Both the position numbers and the translations under genes were made by a program. A DNA stretch of 15,429 bases from Paraspadella gotoi (Eukaryota > Animalia > Chaetognatha), in contig JBJCIZ010001457.1 in NCBI GenBank assembly GCA_051294375.1, positions 1-15,429 of the forward strand, read 5' to 3'. The first letter of the stretch is position 1. The number at the start of each line of letters is the position of its first letter. Shown here piece after piece: positions 1 through 9,099 of this stretch. A model generated the notes under the pieces. It had not been told where the DNA came from. It did not search any database and was given only the letters and a program-made list of their open reading frames with translations.

Positions 1-1000
1 TTTGGCGGTTTTTGAAAAACTATTTAAAAATATTTATTTTGAAAAAAAATATAAAAAAATATTATTTAATTATTTTAACTTTAAACCCTCTTAACCCTAA
101 ATCACCTTTAAACTAACCTTTCCCTAACCCCAGTCGGCGAAAGTAAAAGTAACCCAACGATTTTATAGTATTTTTTAAAATTTGCATTTAGAATATTGTT
201 TTATACCCCTAAATGCCACAAAGTAGAATACCAGTATCGTCAAACTTCTTCATCGTTCCACTCTCATACCCAATAGTGGACAAGCTTAATTGGTTGTATT
301 TTTGTTTAATTAAGTGGCTTGCTTTTGCTTAACTATTATTTAGTTCTATTGAAAAAAATTTAAAGTATCGTACAATGTGTCGTAATGGTACTGCCTGTTA
401 AGAAAATCTTACTGCTCCTCCTCCTATACTAGATCGAAAAACTTATATAATTAATATGTAATGATAATATAATAATAATATATATAATAATATAATCCTA
501 CAAATATACGCACAAGTATGAACTTTTTTTATAGGATACCTAAATTTTAATAATTGAACAAAGCAAACTCCTGTAGTTACATAAAGCAATTTGGAATTTT
601 TTTAAAGTTTTTAAATTATATATTTTTTAATATTTATCAAATATTTTTTATAATATTAATTAAATAATGTTTTAAATAATTTCTTTATAAGCAGGACAGT
701 AAGAAACTACCTCATAATTTTAGCTCCAGAACTTTTATAATGCAGTAATCACTATTTTTAAAATTATCTATTTACCTTATGTTACTTTTTTAATTGATTT
801 AATAATAATTTATTGAATAAATAGCAACTATTTTGTTCTGGCTTAATGAATTCAATCGCTCACAACTTAAAATTTAAATATCAAATTAATTAGCATAATT
901 TTTTTTATCAATTATTTTTAATATTTGTTTGTTTTAATTAATACACTTATTTTATACATATTCAAATTTAAATAATTTATATCTATTTAAAATTTTTTAC

Positions 1001-1012
1001 GTAATTTTTTTA
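1001..1012 (+). repeat. Left target-site duplication of the PLE (GTAATTTTTTTA)
   Basis: Identical 12-mer at 5950-5961, directly after the 3' pLTR homology ends (...TTCTCTAAA at 5949). The last A is shared with the element end, so the TSD is 11 or 12 bp. Confidence 0.8.
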
Positions 1013-1103
1013 TGATGCGATAAACCTTTCGTTTTCGTTTGTTGTTTATGCATTTAGAGAAAAACAAAGTTTTAATTGTGTTACAACGAATTTAATTAGA
1101 GAT

Positions 1104-1144
1104 ACGGACATGTTTCGGCTCACATTTCGAGCCTTCATCAGCGT
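1104..1144 (-). ncRNA. Minimal type I hammerhead ribozyme, inverted copy
   Basis: Reverse complement reads ACGCTGATGAAGGCTCGAAATGTGAGCCGAAACATGTCCGT. Confidence 0.85.
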
Positions 1145-1180
1145 TTGCCATAAGAAAAAAATATTGTTGCAAAAAGAAGG

Positions 1181-1219
<39 letters not shown>

Positions 1220-1955
1220 TAAAGGTTTTCCAACAAAGTGGTGAGACAGAATAGTGGTCAGATGAGAGAACAGGCTGAAGTTGAGGACAGATTGAGTGAG
1301 TTGTTGAAAAGAAATGAAATTTGTTAGAGAGAGAAGAGAGAGGAGAGAGAGAGAGGACAACAGGGATAAATAAATAAGTATTAAAGATACATTTTGTAAT
1401 GTACAACAAAAGTAAAAATTTTTGAAAAACTAAATGTCAGTAAGAGTTTAACAATTATCTAATTTAAATAGTTAGCTAAAGGATAGTAACATGAATTATG
1501 AAATTTGAAATGTTGAAAAAGATAGATTGATAGTTAGGAGGATAAGAAAGTGAAATATAAGAGAAAGAAAGAAGCTCCAAAATGAGCTTCATTTTGAGCT
1601 CTTTCTTTCTCCTTATATTTCACTTTCTTATCCTCCTAACTATCAATCTATCTTTTTCACATTTCAAATTTCATAATTCATGTTACTATCCTTTAGCTAA
1701 CTATTAAATTAGATAATTGTAAACTCTTACTGACATTTAGTTTTTCAAAATTTTTTACTTTTTGTTGTACATTACAAATGTATCTTTAATACTTATTTAT
1801 TTATCCCTGTTGTCCCTCTCTCCTCTCTTCTCTCTCTCTCCTCTCTCTAACAAATTTCATTTCTTTTCACAACTCACTCAATCTGTCCTCAACTTCAGCC
1901 CTGTTCTCTCATCTGACCACTATTTCGTCTCACCACTTTGTTGGAAAACCTTTAC

Positions 1956-1994
<39 letters not shown>

Positions 1995-2028
1995 CCTTCT
2001 TTTTGCACAAATATTTTCCTTATGGCAA

Positions 2029-2070
2029 ACGCTGATGAAGGCTCCGAAATGTGAGCCGAAACATGTCCGT
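2029..2070 (+). ncRNA. Minimal type I hammerhead ribozyme in the PLE pLTR
   Basis: ACG-CTGATGA(2032-2038)-A-GGCTC-cgaaatgt-GAGCC-GAAAC(2058-2062)-ATGTC^CGT: intact core boxes, 5 bp stem II, palindromic ACATGT stem III, GTC cleavage triplet (cut after 2067), short ACG/CGT stem I. Confidence 0.85.
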
Positions 2071-2308
2071 ATCTCTAATTAAATTCGTTGTAACACAATT
2101 AAAAACTTTGTTTTTTCTCTAAATCATAACAACAACGAAAACGAAAGGTTTATCGCATCATGGTCTTACAAATTCAATTACCAGGTCCCACGAAAGCGTC
2201 CCTTTCTATAATAAAACTTTCACACGTATAACAACTCATCTCTTCAAGATGGAACAACCATCTTCACTTTGCTCTGGTTTCTTTGCCGCACCTTATGCAT
2301 AATTCCAG

Positions 2309-4900
2309 ATGCCAAAAATACGAAGCAACTCTAAAAGAGACAAAGACCTAGCCGAGCAATCCTTTTCGAGCATACGAAACGGGTCCTTTTCTGTCAAACT
2401 TCATTGGGCCGCTGCCATATTAAACTCAAATGGCCATTCGGAGAAACAGCGTCTTCACGACGCGCTGGTCTGCGTCTTCTCTCACCCCGAAGATTCTGAT
2501 CGATGTTGGCACCAGCGCATCAAGGACGACGCCGCAGCGGGCCTTCCGCACCAACAAAAGAGCGACAAAGGCGAAGTTTTAACAACGCCACGCCAACGCC
2601 ATGCCCGTGGACGCCCTCACAAAGAAGACGCTACCACCAAACGCAATCAGCCTTTCGGTCTATCCGATGAACGAAATCCGGGGGAATGGCACAAGCAAAG
2701 GATGGGAACACCTCATCAACCATCTCAAAATATAAACTAGGTGGCTGATGGAATGGACTCATTGTTACGTAAGGGTTTGTCTTTTGTGGGTCCAACACCT
2801 TTTAAAATAAAATCCCGCTATTGACCCTCATTGTCGGAGATTGAAACAGGGAGCGAGACTCCGGATCAACAACCGAAGCGGCTGGGCAACCTTCGGCGGC
2901 GGCGGGCGCGGGTTTCTCAACGCAGAAGAGCCCACCTATGCCTCATGTCACGGTAAGGAGTGACGGCATGGCCATTGCCTCACTCAAGCGTTAATCAAGG
3001 CGATCATGGTTCGATCCCGGGATTAAGGGAAGAGCTGCGGTAGTTCATAGGACGCCCATGACTACAAAGACAAGCGTACGGAAAATGTTGGGCATGATCA
3101 GAAAATACCCTTACCATCCTCTGCAAAGGATCCGACCCTCGCATAACAGGTCTCGGGATCCATACATATGTTAACAAAACGCATACGGTAAATACTGCTT
3201 CCCCGTCAAGTATTTCACAGAGTCAATCCCGACTCAATCGCAGCCTCCTTTGTTCTCTCGGCAGTAGCCGAAGGTACATAGCCCGATTCTACCATTACGC
3301 CCAAATCGTTTCAGCTCGCATTCCATTTTCAATGGAATGTCTCGAGGAGTTGGGGTCGTCATTACTTCACTCCGTTTGCGTCGGTAACCAACACCACCTT
3401 CAGAAAAAATTCTCTTTTGATCTGACGGAAAAGTTGCATCAATCACAAGTGCCCGATACTCATCTTTATCTCGTTGCGATTTACAAAAGCATGTTTAAAC
3501 GAACATTCCCAAGGACTGGCGTTATACTCGCAGAGCGACGCTTGAGGGAGACCGGCTCATTGCACGAGCGTACGCCAATCCAATTGAATGATATCATGCA
3601 TTGCTGCGGCTCGAACCTGGAACTGGCCGTAACTTCAGGTTCGATGGACAGTACTAGCCCAGCCTGGTGGCTTTAGGGATGGAAAGGTGAAACAATCCAA
3701 GTCCTCGTGGCAGATTTCTTATGGACGGACTATGAGGTGGAAGCTTTGGGCCTCTTTTCGATCGTTGGCATGGGGCAAGAGTCATCCTTTTTCTGGTATC
3801 GGAAAGCAGACGCATACTATTCTGGCCGTAGGCGAAAGACCTTCATTGAGGTCTTCTTGAATACACCTGAATGAGCAATCATGTGCCGATCAAGTGGACA
3901 TGTCGAGAGAGGGAGAATGGGTCCAATTCCAATTGCTCGATGTGCTTGAATCAAAGCGCAAAGAGGGCGGTCTCATTGGGAATTTTCAGTTATCGCAAAC
4001 CGACGCCACAGATCCAGTAACATTCTCCTTACATCTGCATGCCCTTACTGCTCCACAAGCTCGCCACGGTCCGATCCCTAACCAAAGGAGACTGCACTGA
4101 TTCCGATCGACCCGCCGAGCTTCAGGCCGCCGAGCTTGAGCACGTCAAAAGGCCTTGGCGATCAATGGTACCCATTGTGGGCCTTTCGAGAAGGCTAGAG
4201 TACTCGGCCTGTCCTGGTTGAGGGACAAGGTGGCCACTAGGGGCTGCTCCAAGTAGACCGCGAACGCAGTTTCTCCTCCACCCCCAGGAGGCAGAAAGGG
4301 GAGTCTTGCGCTGAAAAGTGCCGACCGCGCCCACCACAGCGCAAGTGGAAGTTATAAGCAGAAAGCGCCCAAAGGAACGTGGCGGTCACTTGTCCCTCCC
4401 TAACCACCAGGGGATCACTGAAGTCATTTGGTGCGGGTGCTGAGCAAAGCAGGGGATCTCCACTCAAGTGACGGCCGCGGTTGCTCCTACGTGAGCTATT
4501 GGTGAAACCGAAAGATTAAAATCCCCAGACCGAAAACTCTAGGAGCCGTCTATCTGGACGGCCTGTGCAGGGCGGGCAACCAAACCTGTTGCAGCAGCAT
4601 AGTGGGGAGACAGGCAAATCTCTGACGGATCGATTTCGCAACACACGACAAGCCTATCGTGATCCCGGGTTCATCTGACTTGTCCGCGTTTGCCTGAACA
4701 TCGGTCAATGACGGCCATCTTCAGAGAAACAGAACTGTCTCGTGCTGTTCCCATTGACCCGAAACTGGTTCTCAAGAGGTATAGAGAGGCAATATTACAT
4801 CAAAGCCCTCGAGCCCTCTTTGAACGTGATGGAGGACGATTCGATCTCCCTCCAAGTTATGATCGCTTATCAAAAGCGTGGTGGAAGGCCCCGCCTCCAC
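2309..4900 (+). pseudogene. PLE reverse transcriptase + GIY-YIG endonuclease ORF, heavily frameshifted (boundaries approximate)
   Basis: Motifs read across frames: KDPT (~3126-3137), PKVH..PLRP-IVS (3268-3315), SFD (~3412), FWYRKAD(D)T (3791-3818), HLNEQ..IKWT..LDVL (~3864-3947), YRKPT (~3990-4004), HKLATVRSL, AELEHVK..NG-P, VKPKD (4502-4516), GAVY (4542-4553), ETGKSLTDRF (4607-4636), RNWFSRGI/REAI/YIKALEPSLN/RDGGRFDLP (~4760-4855). Confidence 0.88.
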
Positions 4901-5305
4901 CACGTCCGCACAATGAGTTCCCCTGTCTCCACTCAAACGAGACAGGGCGGGAGACCCTTGCGCAGGCAATTGGGCAAACGATGCCTCTCCTCACATGAAA
5001 GCAAACTCATTCCCTCTCTCTGGGAGCTGAGCCGGCCGCCAAAAGCGACGGCTACAGGAGGAAGAGAAGAGTCCACCAACGTCCTGTGCAACAAGCGGCA
5101 AGAATGGAAAGCCGCCCACGCTCGCAGCAGGCCGAGAAGAGGGCAGTCCGCAGGCACACAGGCCAGAGAGACATGGAAGAGTGGCTTCTGGGAATCTTTC
5201 CGTCAGGTCGATACCCAGTTGCAACATTCACTGGTTCAACCACACTTCTCCTTCTCGAGCCTTATGACGCGCCTTAATGACCTGGCACCATCGTCTCTGT
5301 CCTTC

Positions 5306-5338
5306 ATTTGCATATAAAACAAGGGGGCCAGCTCATTT
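5306..5338 (+). promoter_or_regulatory. Candidate Pol II core promoter at the start of the pLTR (octamer + TATA + Inr-like)
   Basis: ATTTGCAT (5306-5313) overlapping TATAAAA (5313-5319), then TCATTT (5333-5338, TCAKTY-type Inr). TATA-Inr spacing is shorter than canonical. Confidence 0.35.
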
Positions 5339-5949
5339 TGACTCTTTTCTTTCTCTGATAATTTCACAATTTACTTATCCTCCTAACTATCAATCTATCT
5401 TTTTCAGCATTTTCAAAATTGTCATAATTCATGTTACTATCCTTTTTAGCTAACTATTTAAATTAGATAATATAGTTTAAACTCTTACTGACATTTAGTT
5501 TTTTCAAAATTTTTTACTTTTGTGTTACATAATACAAAATGTATCTTAATAATACTTATTTATTTATCCCTGTTGTCTCTCTCTCTCTCTCTCTTCTCTC
5601 TAACTCTTCTTCTCTAACTAACAAAAATATTATTCATTTCTCTTTTCACAAACTCCACTCAATCTGTCCTCAACTTTCAGCCTGTTCTCTCATGCTGACC
5701 ACTATTCTGTAACTCACCACTCTTGTTGGCCATAACCTTTACCTCATATCTCATACTCTTCTCTTCTCTCTCTACTACTCTCTCTCATTCACACCCATTC
5801 CTTTTTGCACAAATATTTTTCCTAATATAAGGCAATACGCAATGCATATGGAAGGCTCTAAATGTGAGCCGAAAACAATGTCCGTACTCTCTAATAATAT
5901 TCCTCGTAAAATAGAATAACACAATTAAAAACTTTGTTTTTTCTCTAAA
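5330..5949 (+). repeat. 3' direct pseudo-LTR of the PLE (insertion-rich copy of ~1585-2123)
   Basis: AGCTCATTTTG..., CTTATCCTCCTAACTATCAATCTATC, CTTACTGACATTTAG, CAATCTGTCCTCAACT, AATGTGAGCCGAAA and ACACAATTAAAAACTTTG are all collinear with the 5' copy. Confidence 0.92.
5837..5885 (+). ncRNA. Degraded or mis-sequenced hammerhead copy in the 3' pLTR
   Basis: ACGCAATGCATATGGAAGGCTCTAAATGTGAGCCGAAAACAATGTCCGT: stem II and GAAA..GTC are retained, the CTGATGA box is disrupted by insertions. Confidence 0.5.
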
Positions 5950-5961
5950 GTAATTTTTTTA
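5950..5961 (+). repeat. Right target-site duplication of the PLE (GTAATTTTTTTA)
   Basis: Matches 1001-1012. Confidence 0.8.
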
Positions 5962-6415
5962 ATAAAATTTATTTTAAAATAATAAAATTATCTAAAAATT
6001 TAAAAAATGAGAAATGAGGACTCATTTAAAATGAATGTTTTGCATAGAAAAATTAATAAAAATTGAATTCTAAATATAGTATCATAAATAGTAAGAACTT
6101 ATCTTTAGCATTGTTATCTCAGAAATAAGATTTAATAACACAGTTCCGCACAATATGTAAAAGTTAACCGACAGTACCATTGGGACACACTATACTTTAT
6201 TGTAGGGTTTCTCCAAGTGAAAATTCAAAGTAAGCAGATCATTTTATTCCTCACTTACCAGGATTTACTATTTTTTTAACCACAGTGTTAAACAGGGTGC
6301 ACATCTAAACAAATAGTTCAGGCAAAGGGGTCAGCAAGAATGACTGTAAAGTTATATTTTTACGCAGTTATTTTATAAATGATTACAACTGGTTCAAGCC
6401 TTGATGATTAAAGCT

Positions 6416-6654
6416 TGAAGAGACATTAATAATTTAATTGTTATGAGTTAGTGAGAGAACCGTTCAATATAAGCAGTCCCTGAGCTTTGGATCAGGCTGT
6501 AACACCGTGCTACAGGCGGGTTAAGCGCCCAGTCCCTCTTAACTGCTAGGTAACCTCCGGGCTAGAACTCAGGACCTTTGGGTTGGGAGGTGAATGACTT
6601 GCCTCCTGCACCAATGGCCACTGATAAACGGTTGGTGGATTTTAGTCCACCATA
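6416..6654 (-). mobile_element. Solo LTR of a tRNA-containing non-autonomous LTR element (Helenus-like), with TSD
   Basis: Full-length homologue of 14332-14566. Minus strand runs TATGGTGGACTAAAATCCACC...CTTCA. Flanked by AGCT at 6412-6415 and 6655-6658 (or AAGCT at 6411-6415 and 6654-6658). Confidence 0.75.
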
Positions 6655-8460
6655 AGCTTTTAATTTTCTGAGATCTTGTGGATAAGTCACTAAGTTGGTT
6701 ATCCATTTCTTTTGTGCACCTTCAGCAGCAATTGAATGCGTCCAGGACTTGCCACGAGGCTTGGGGGTTTTCCAAGCCCCTCCAAGGCGGTTTACTGCCG
6801 TCCTTACGATTCCCGCCGGGTTGGTTCCATTGAAGATTGAATTTGGTACCTAATGGTCATGAGCTGGTGGTATAACACAATGACCTACTGGGTCACAACT
6901 GAAAGTGTAATGCTTTCAGGCGGCTTGAACTTAAAGCAATGCCTAACTACAGGGTGCGACCTTGTGACCCTGACACATCTGCAACATCTGCAACATTGAC
7001 GATAGATAAGAAAATAGTATCTTGAGTTTATTGAATTAGTAAAAAAAACTAATAAATTTATACTTTTAAGAGATTGGCAATATCTAGAATTTATTTAGAT
7101 ATGTAGTCGGGCATTGCCAAGGCAGAGTGAATTTAAGCAATGCCCAACAACAGATGCAGAAAATTACTGTTTTCTATGCCAAGCGATTACGAAAGTTTAA
7201 TGAAGGAATTTCGCCTGTACGAACTATTTAACATAAGTTTCATAGAAGAAAACAGTCGTTTTAGTATTTTAATGTTTACTTTTAGTATCATGATCCTTCA
7301 GAAACTCGTAAAATCGGGTTTCTTCCGGGCGAACCAATTTCTATGAGTTTAAGCATTAAGTAAAACTGAAGAAACTCAGGAAATTCTGTCTGAAGTTAAA
7401 ACGGGTTAAAAATGCCCTCGAAAATATTGGGGCTAAAAACTGGCCAGGGAAAATTGGCCAAACGACCTCACGAGACCAGTAAAGGGACATCACAAAACAT
7501 CTTTGACAACAGATATAATAATTTGCTTTCTCTTCGTCAGGGTTGAGATTTATGAAAAAAAATTTCTTTTTTATTTTTTATTTAAAAAAATTGGATGTTT
7601 CCACTTTAATTTGCGCTGACTTGTAATTAATGTTGAGAAAGGTTATAATTGTTTATATACAAATTTAAACTCTATAAAAATCCATTTCACTCTTACTTTT
7701 TTTCCTGCGCTTGTGAAGACTTACAATAAATACCGTTGTAAACAATAATAAAAACTTTCTTGCCTCAAACTAATCTTGTATTGGCGTTCGCGGTGGACAA
7801 CGCAGGTGTCGGCGTAGGGGGAGGACGGCTCGACGTCCCACGGCAGAAAATCTTTACAACCGAGTCAAATTTTTCAATTCGCGACGGAACGTCGTGACGA
7901 CGATTAAGATGAAAGTAAAATATCTGGCTTATTTTAATGTTTAAAATTTTGAAAAGGTAAAAGGCAGGTAAAAAGCAACATGAAAATGTTCGACGTCGCG
8001 GCCAACGAGCCGCAACGTTGCTTTTTTTTTTACCAAACCTATGTCCTAAAGACAAATTTGACTACAGTTTTTGTTTTGTTTTCAATGGATTTTTTAATGT
8101 AAATGATGCCTCCAAGAGTTAGTTGTGGCTTAATTTTAAGGTGGATTCACCTGTGACTAAAAGCAGCATGACGAGATGCTGCAAAGCATTGAAAAGTTCG
8201 CAGAAAGCACCAAAAAACTACGAAATAAAGCTACTTTAAATACAAAAATATGTTACTAAATATATATTTTTATTGCTCATTATGTTTTTGTCCCCAAATA
8301 GAAAAATAAATGAATATAGCGTATCCTCGAAAAAATTAGTAGGTCCAGCAGCGTTAAAAACGCTACTTATGCCTTATGGTTTAGCTTTTAAACTGAAATT
8401 AAGTATAATAATTCTGCACAAATTATAAAAAAATTACAATTACAACTGGTTTCTATCATT

Positions 8461-8607
8461 TAACACAGGCGGGTTAAGCGACCCGTCCCTCTAAACTGCC
8501 AGGCTACCACCGGGCTAGAACCTCTGACCTTTAGTTTGGGAGGAGAATGACTTGCCTCTGGCACCAATGGCCGCTGATGAACGGTTGGTAGATTTTAGTC
8601 AACCATA
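8461..8607 (-). mobile_element. Truncated copy of the same tRNA-containing LTR
   Basis: ACAGGCGGGTTAAGCG...CGGGCTAGAACC...GACTTGCCTC...CACCAATGGCCGCTGATGAACGGTTGGTAGATTTTAGTCAACCATA is collinear with ~6500-6654; lacks ~85 bp of the CA end. Confidence 0.8.
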
Positions 8608-8833
8608 AAAGTAAACCCTTCTGTTGCCCGGCAGAGTTCGATTTTAGCATATGGACGATAGGACGAATGAAGAGAAAAGTTTTTAAAGCTGTGATTTGTA
8701 AAACTGTACCTAACCAGGATACAAAAAAAAAAATGGATACGAGCTACATCTATTGAACTTTAAATTTATATTCTTGCAAAACGCATATTTATCATTTTGT
8801 TTTATAGAAAAGTTGAATTTTTTCTCTTACTTG

Positions 8834-8858
8834 NNNNNNNNNNNNNNNNNNNNNNNNN
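8834..8858. other. Assembly gap (25 N)
   Basis: Run of N; the 5' part of the Gypsy element (5' LTR, PBS, most of gag) is not visible. Confidence 1.
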
Positions 8859-9072
8859 CAACGCCGTTGATAGGCATCCACGAAAACATGGAAACGGAAA
8901 ACGACGCCCCTTGCGACTCACAAGAACAAAAGCAAAGCCAAAACTGACGACTATGCGCCAAGCATATCAAATTCGGCGATGACGCCTGGCATGCGATCCA
9001 GGCTGCGCCCGTTTCGACAAATGCAAAGCGAAAAAGAAGAGGGAAACGCCGAAAAGGGGACGACGCAAGTGA
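8859..9072 (+). pseudogene. gag: Gag C-terminus with CHCC zinc knuckle
   Basis: 8954-9006 reads C-A-K-H-I-K-F-G-D-D-A-W-x-C-D-P-G-C with one 1-nt deletion; candidate TGA stop at 9070-9072. Confidence 0.75.
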
Positions 9073-9087
9073 ACTCGGCCGTCCCCC
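9041..9087 (+). promoter_or_regulatory. Putative -1 ribosomal frameshift signal (gag-pol)
   Basis: Slippery heptamer GGGAAAC (9041-9047), 8 nt spacer, then stem GGGGACG (9056-9062)/CGTCCCC (9080-9086), located between the gag knuckle and the protease. Confidence 0.7.
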
Positions 9088-9099
9088 AGGATTCCAATC

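Larger units (their letters stand above)
1012..2161. repeat. ~1150 bp palindrome: inverted pLTR (1012-1586) joined head-to-head to the sense pLTR (1587-2161)
   Basis: ATGATGCGATAAACCTTTCG... at 1012 is the reverse complement of ...CGAAAGGTTTATCGCATCAT ending at 2161. The axis lies in AATGAGCT(T)CATT at 1581-1593. ORF-track peptides 1092..1409(-) and 1762..2082(+) mirror each other. Contains (GA)n/(CT)n tracts. Confidence 0.95.
1012..5949 (+). mobile_element. Penelope-like retroelement (GIY-YIG endonuclease-containing, Penelope/Poseidon type), full insertion with inverted + direct pseudo-LTRs
   Basis: Order: inverted pLTR (1012-1586), pLTR (1587-2161), degenerate RT+GIY-YIG ORF (~2309-4900), direct pLTR (5330-5949). 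Flanked by the duplication GTAATTTTTTT(A) at 1001-1011/1012 and 5950-5960/5961. Confidence 0.9.

Noticed and set aside
80-155. TAACCC/CCCTAA telomere-like words
   Set aside because: Scattered and non-tandem; not a telomeric array. May be the edge of a repeat cut by the window.
225-290. Minus-strand peptide STIGYESGTMKKFDDTGIL resembling a Tc1/mariner HTH segment
   Set aside because: Too short, with no supporting adjacent motifs.
1046-2082. Mirror-image ~105 aa Ser/Leu-rich ORFs
   Set aside because: Translations of the (CT)n-containing pLTR palindrome; frames are not conserved between arms or in the third copy.
2140-2311. Possible PLE 5' intron ending at TTCCAG|ATG (2303-2311)
   Set aside because: No convincing splice donor; cannot be supported without transcripts.
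6416-6654. Interpretation as a functional tRNA gene or an ordinary tRNA-SINE
   Set aside because: D and anticodon stems are broken, conserved sequence extends upstream of the tRNA head, there is no tail, the TSD is short, and a homologue is flanked by PBS and PPT.
7366-7410. CTGAAGA-stem-AAAAC hammerhead-like string
   Set aside because: The essential GAAA box reads AAAA, and no convincing stems I/III.
7770-8030. CpG-rich patch with ORF 7765..8055
   Set aside because: No recognisable protein motif, termini or second copy.
8570-8615. CTGATGA followed by a hairpin in the tRNA-LTR tip (also ~14112 and ~14531), suggesting a hammerhead or C/D box
   Set aside because: No GAAA core or cleavage triplet after the stem, and the 6621 copy reads CTGATAA.
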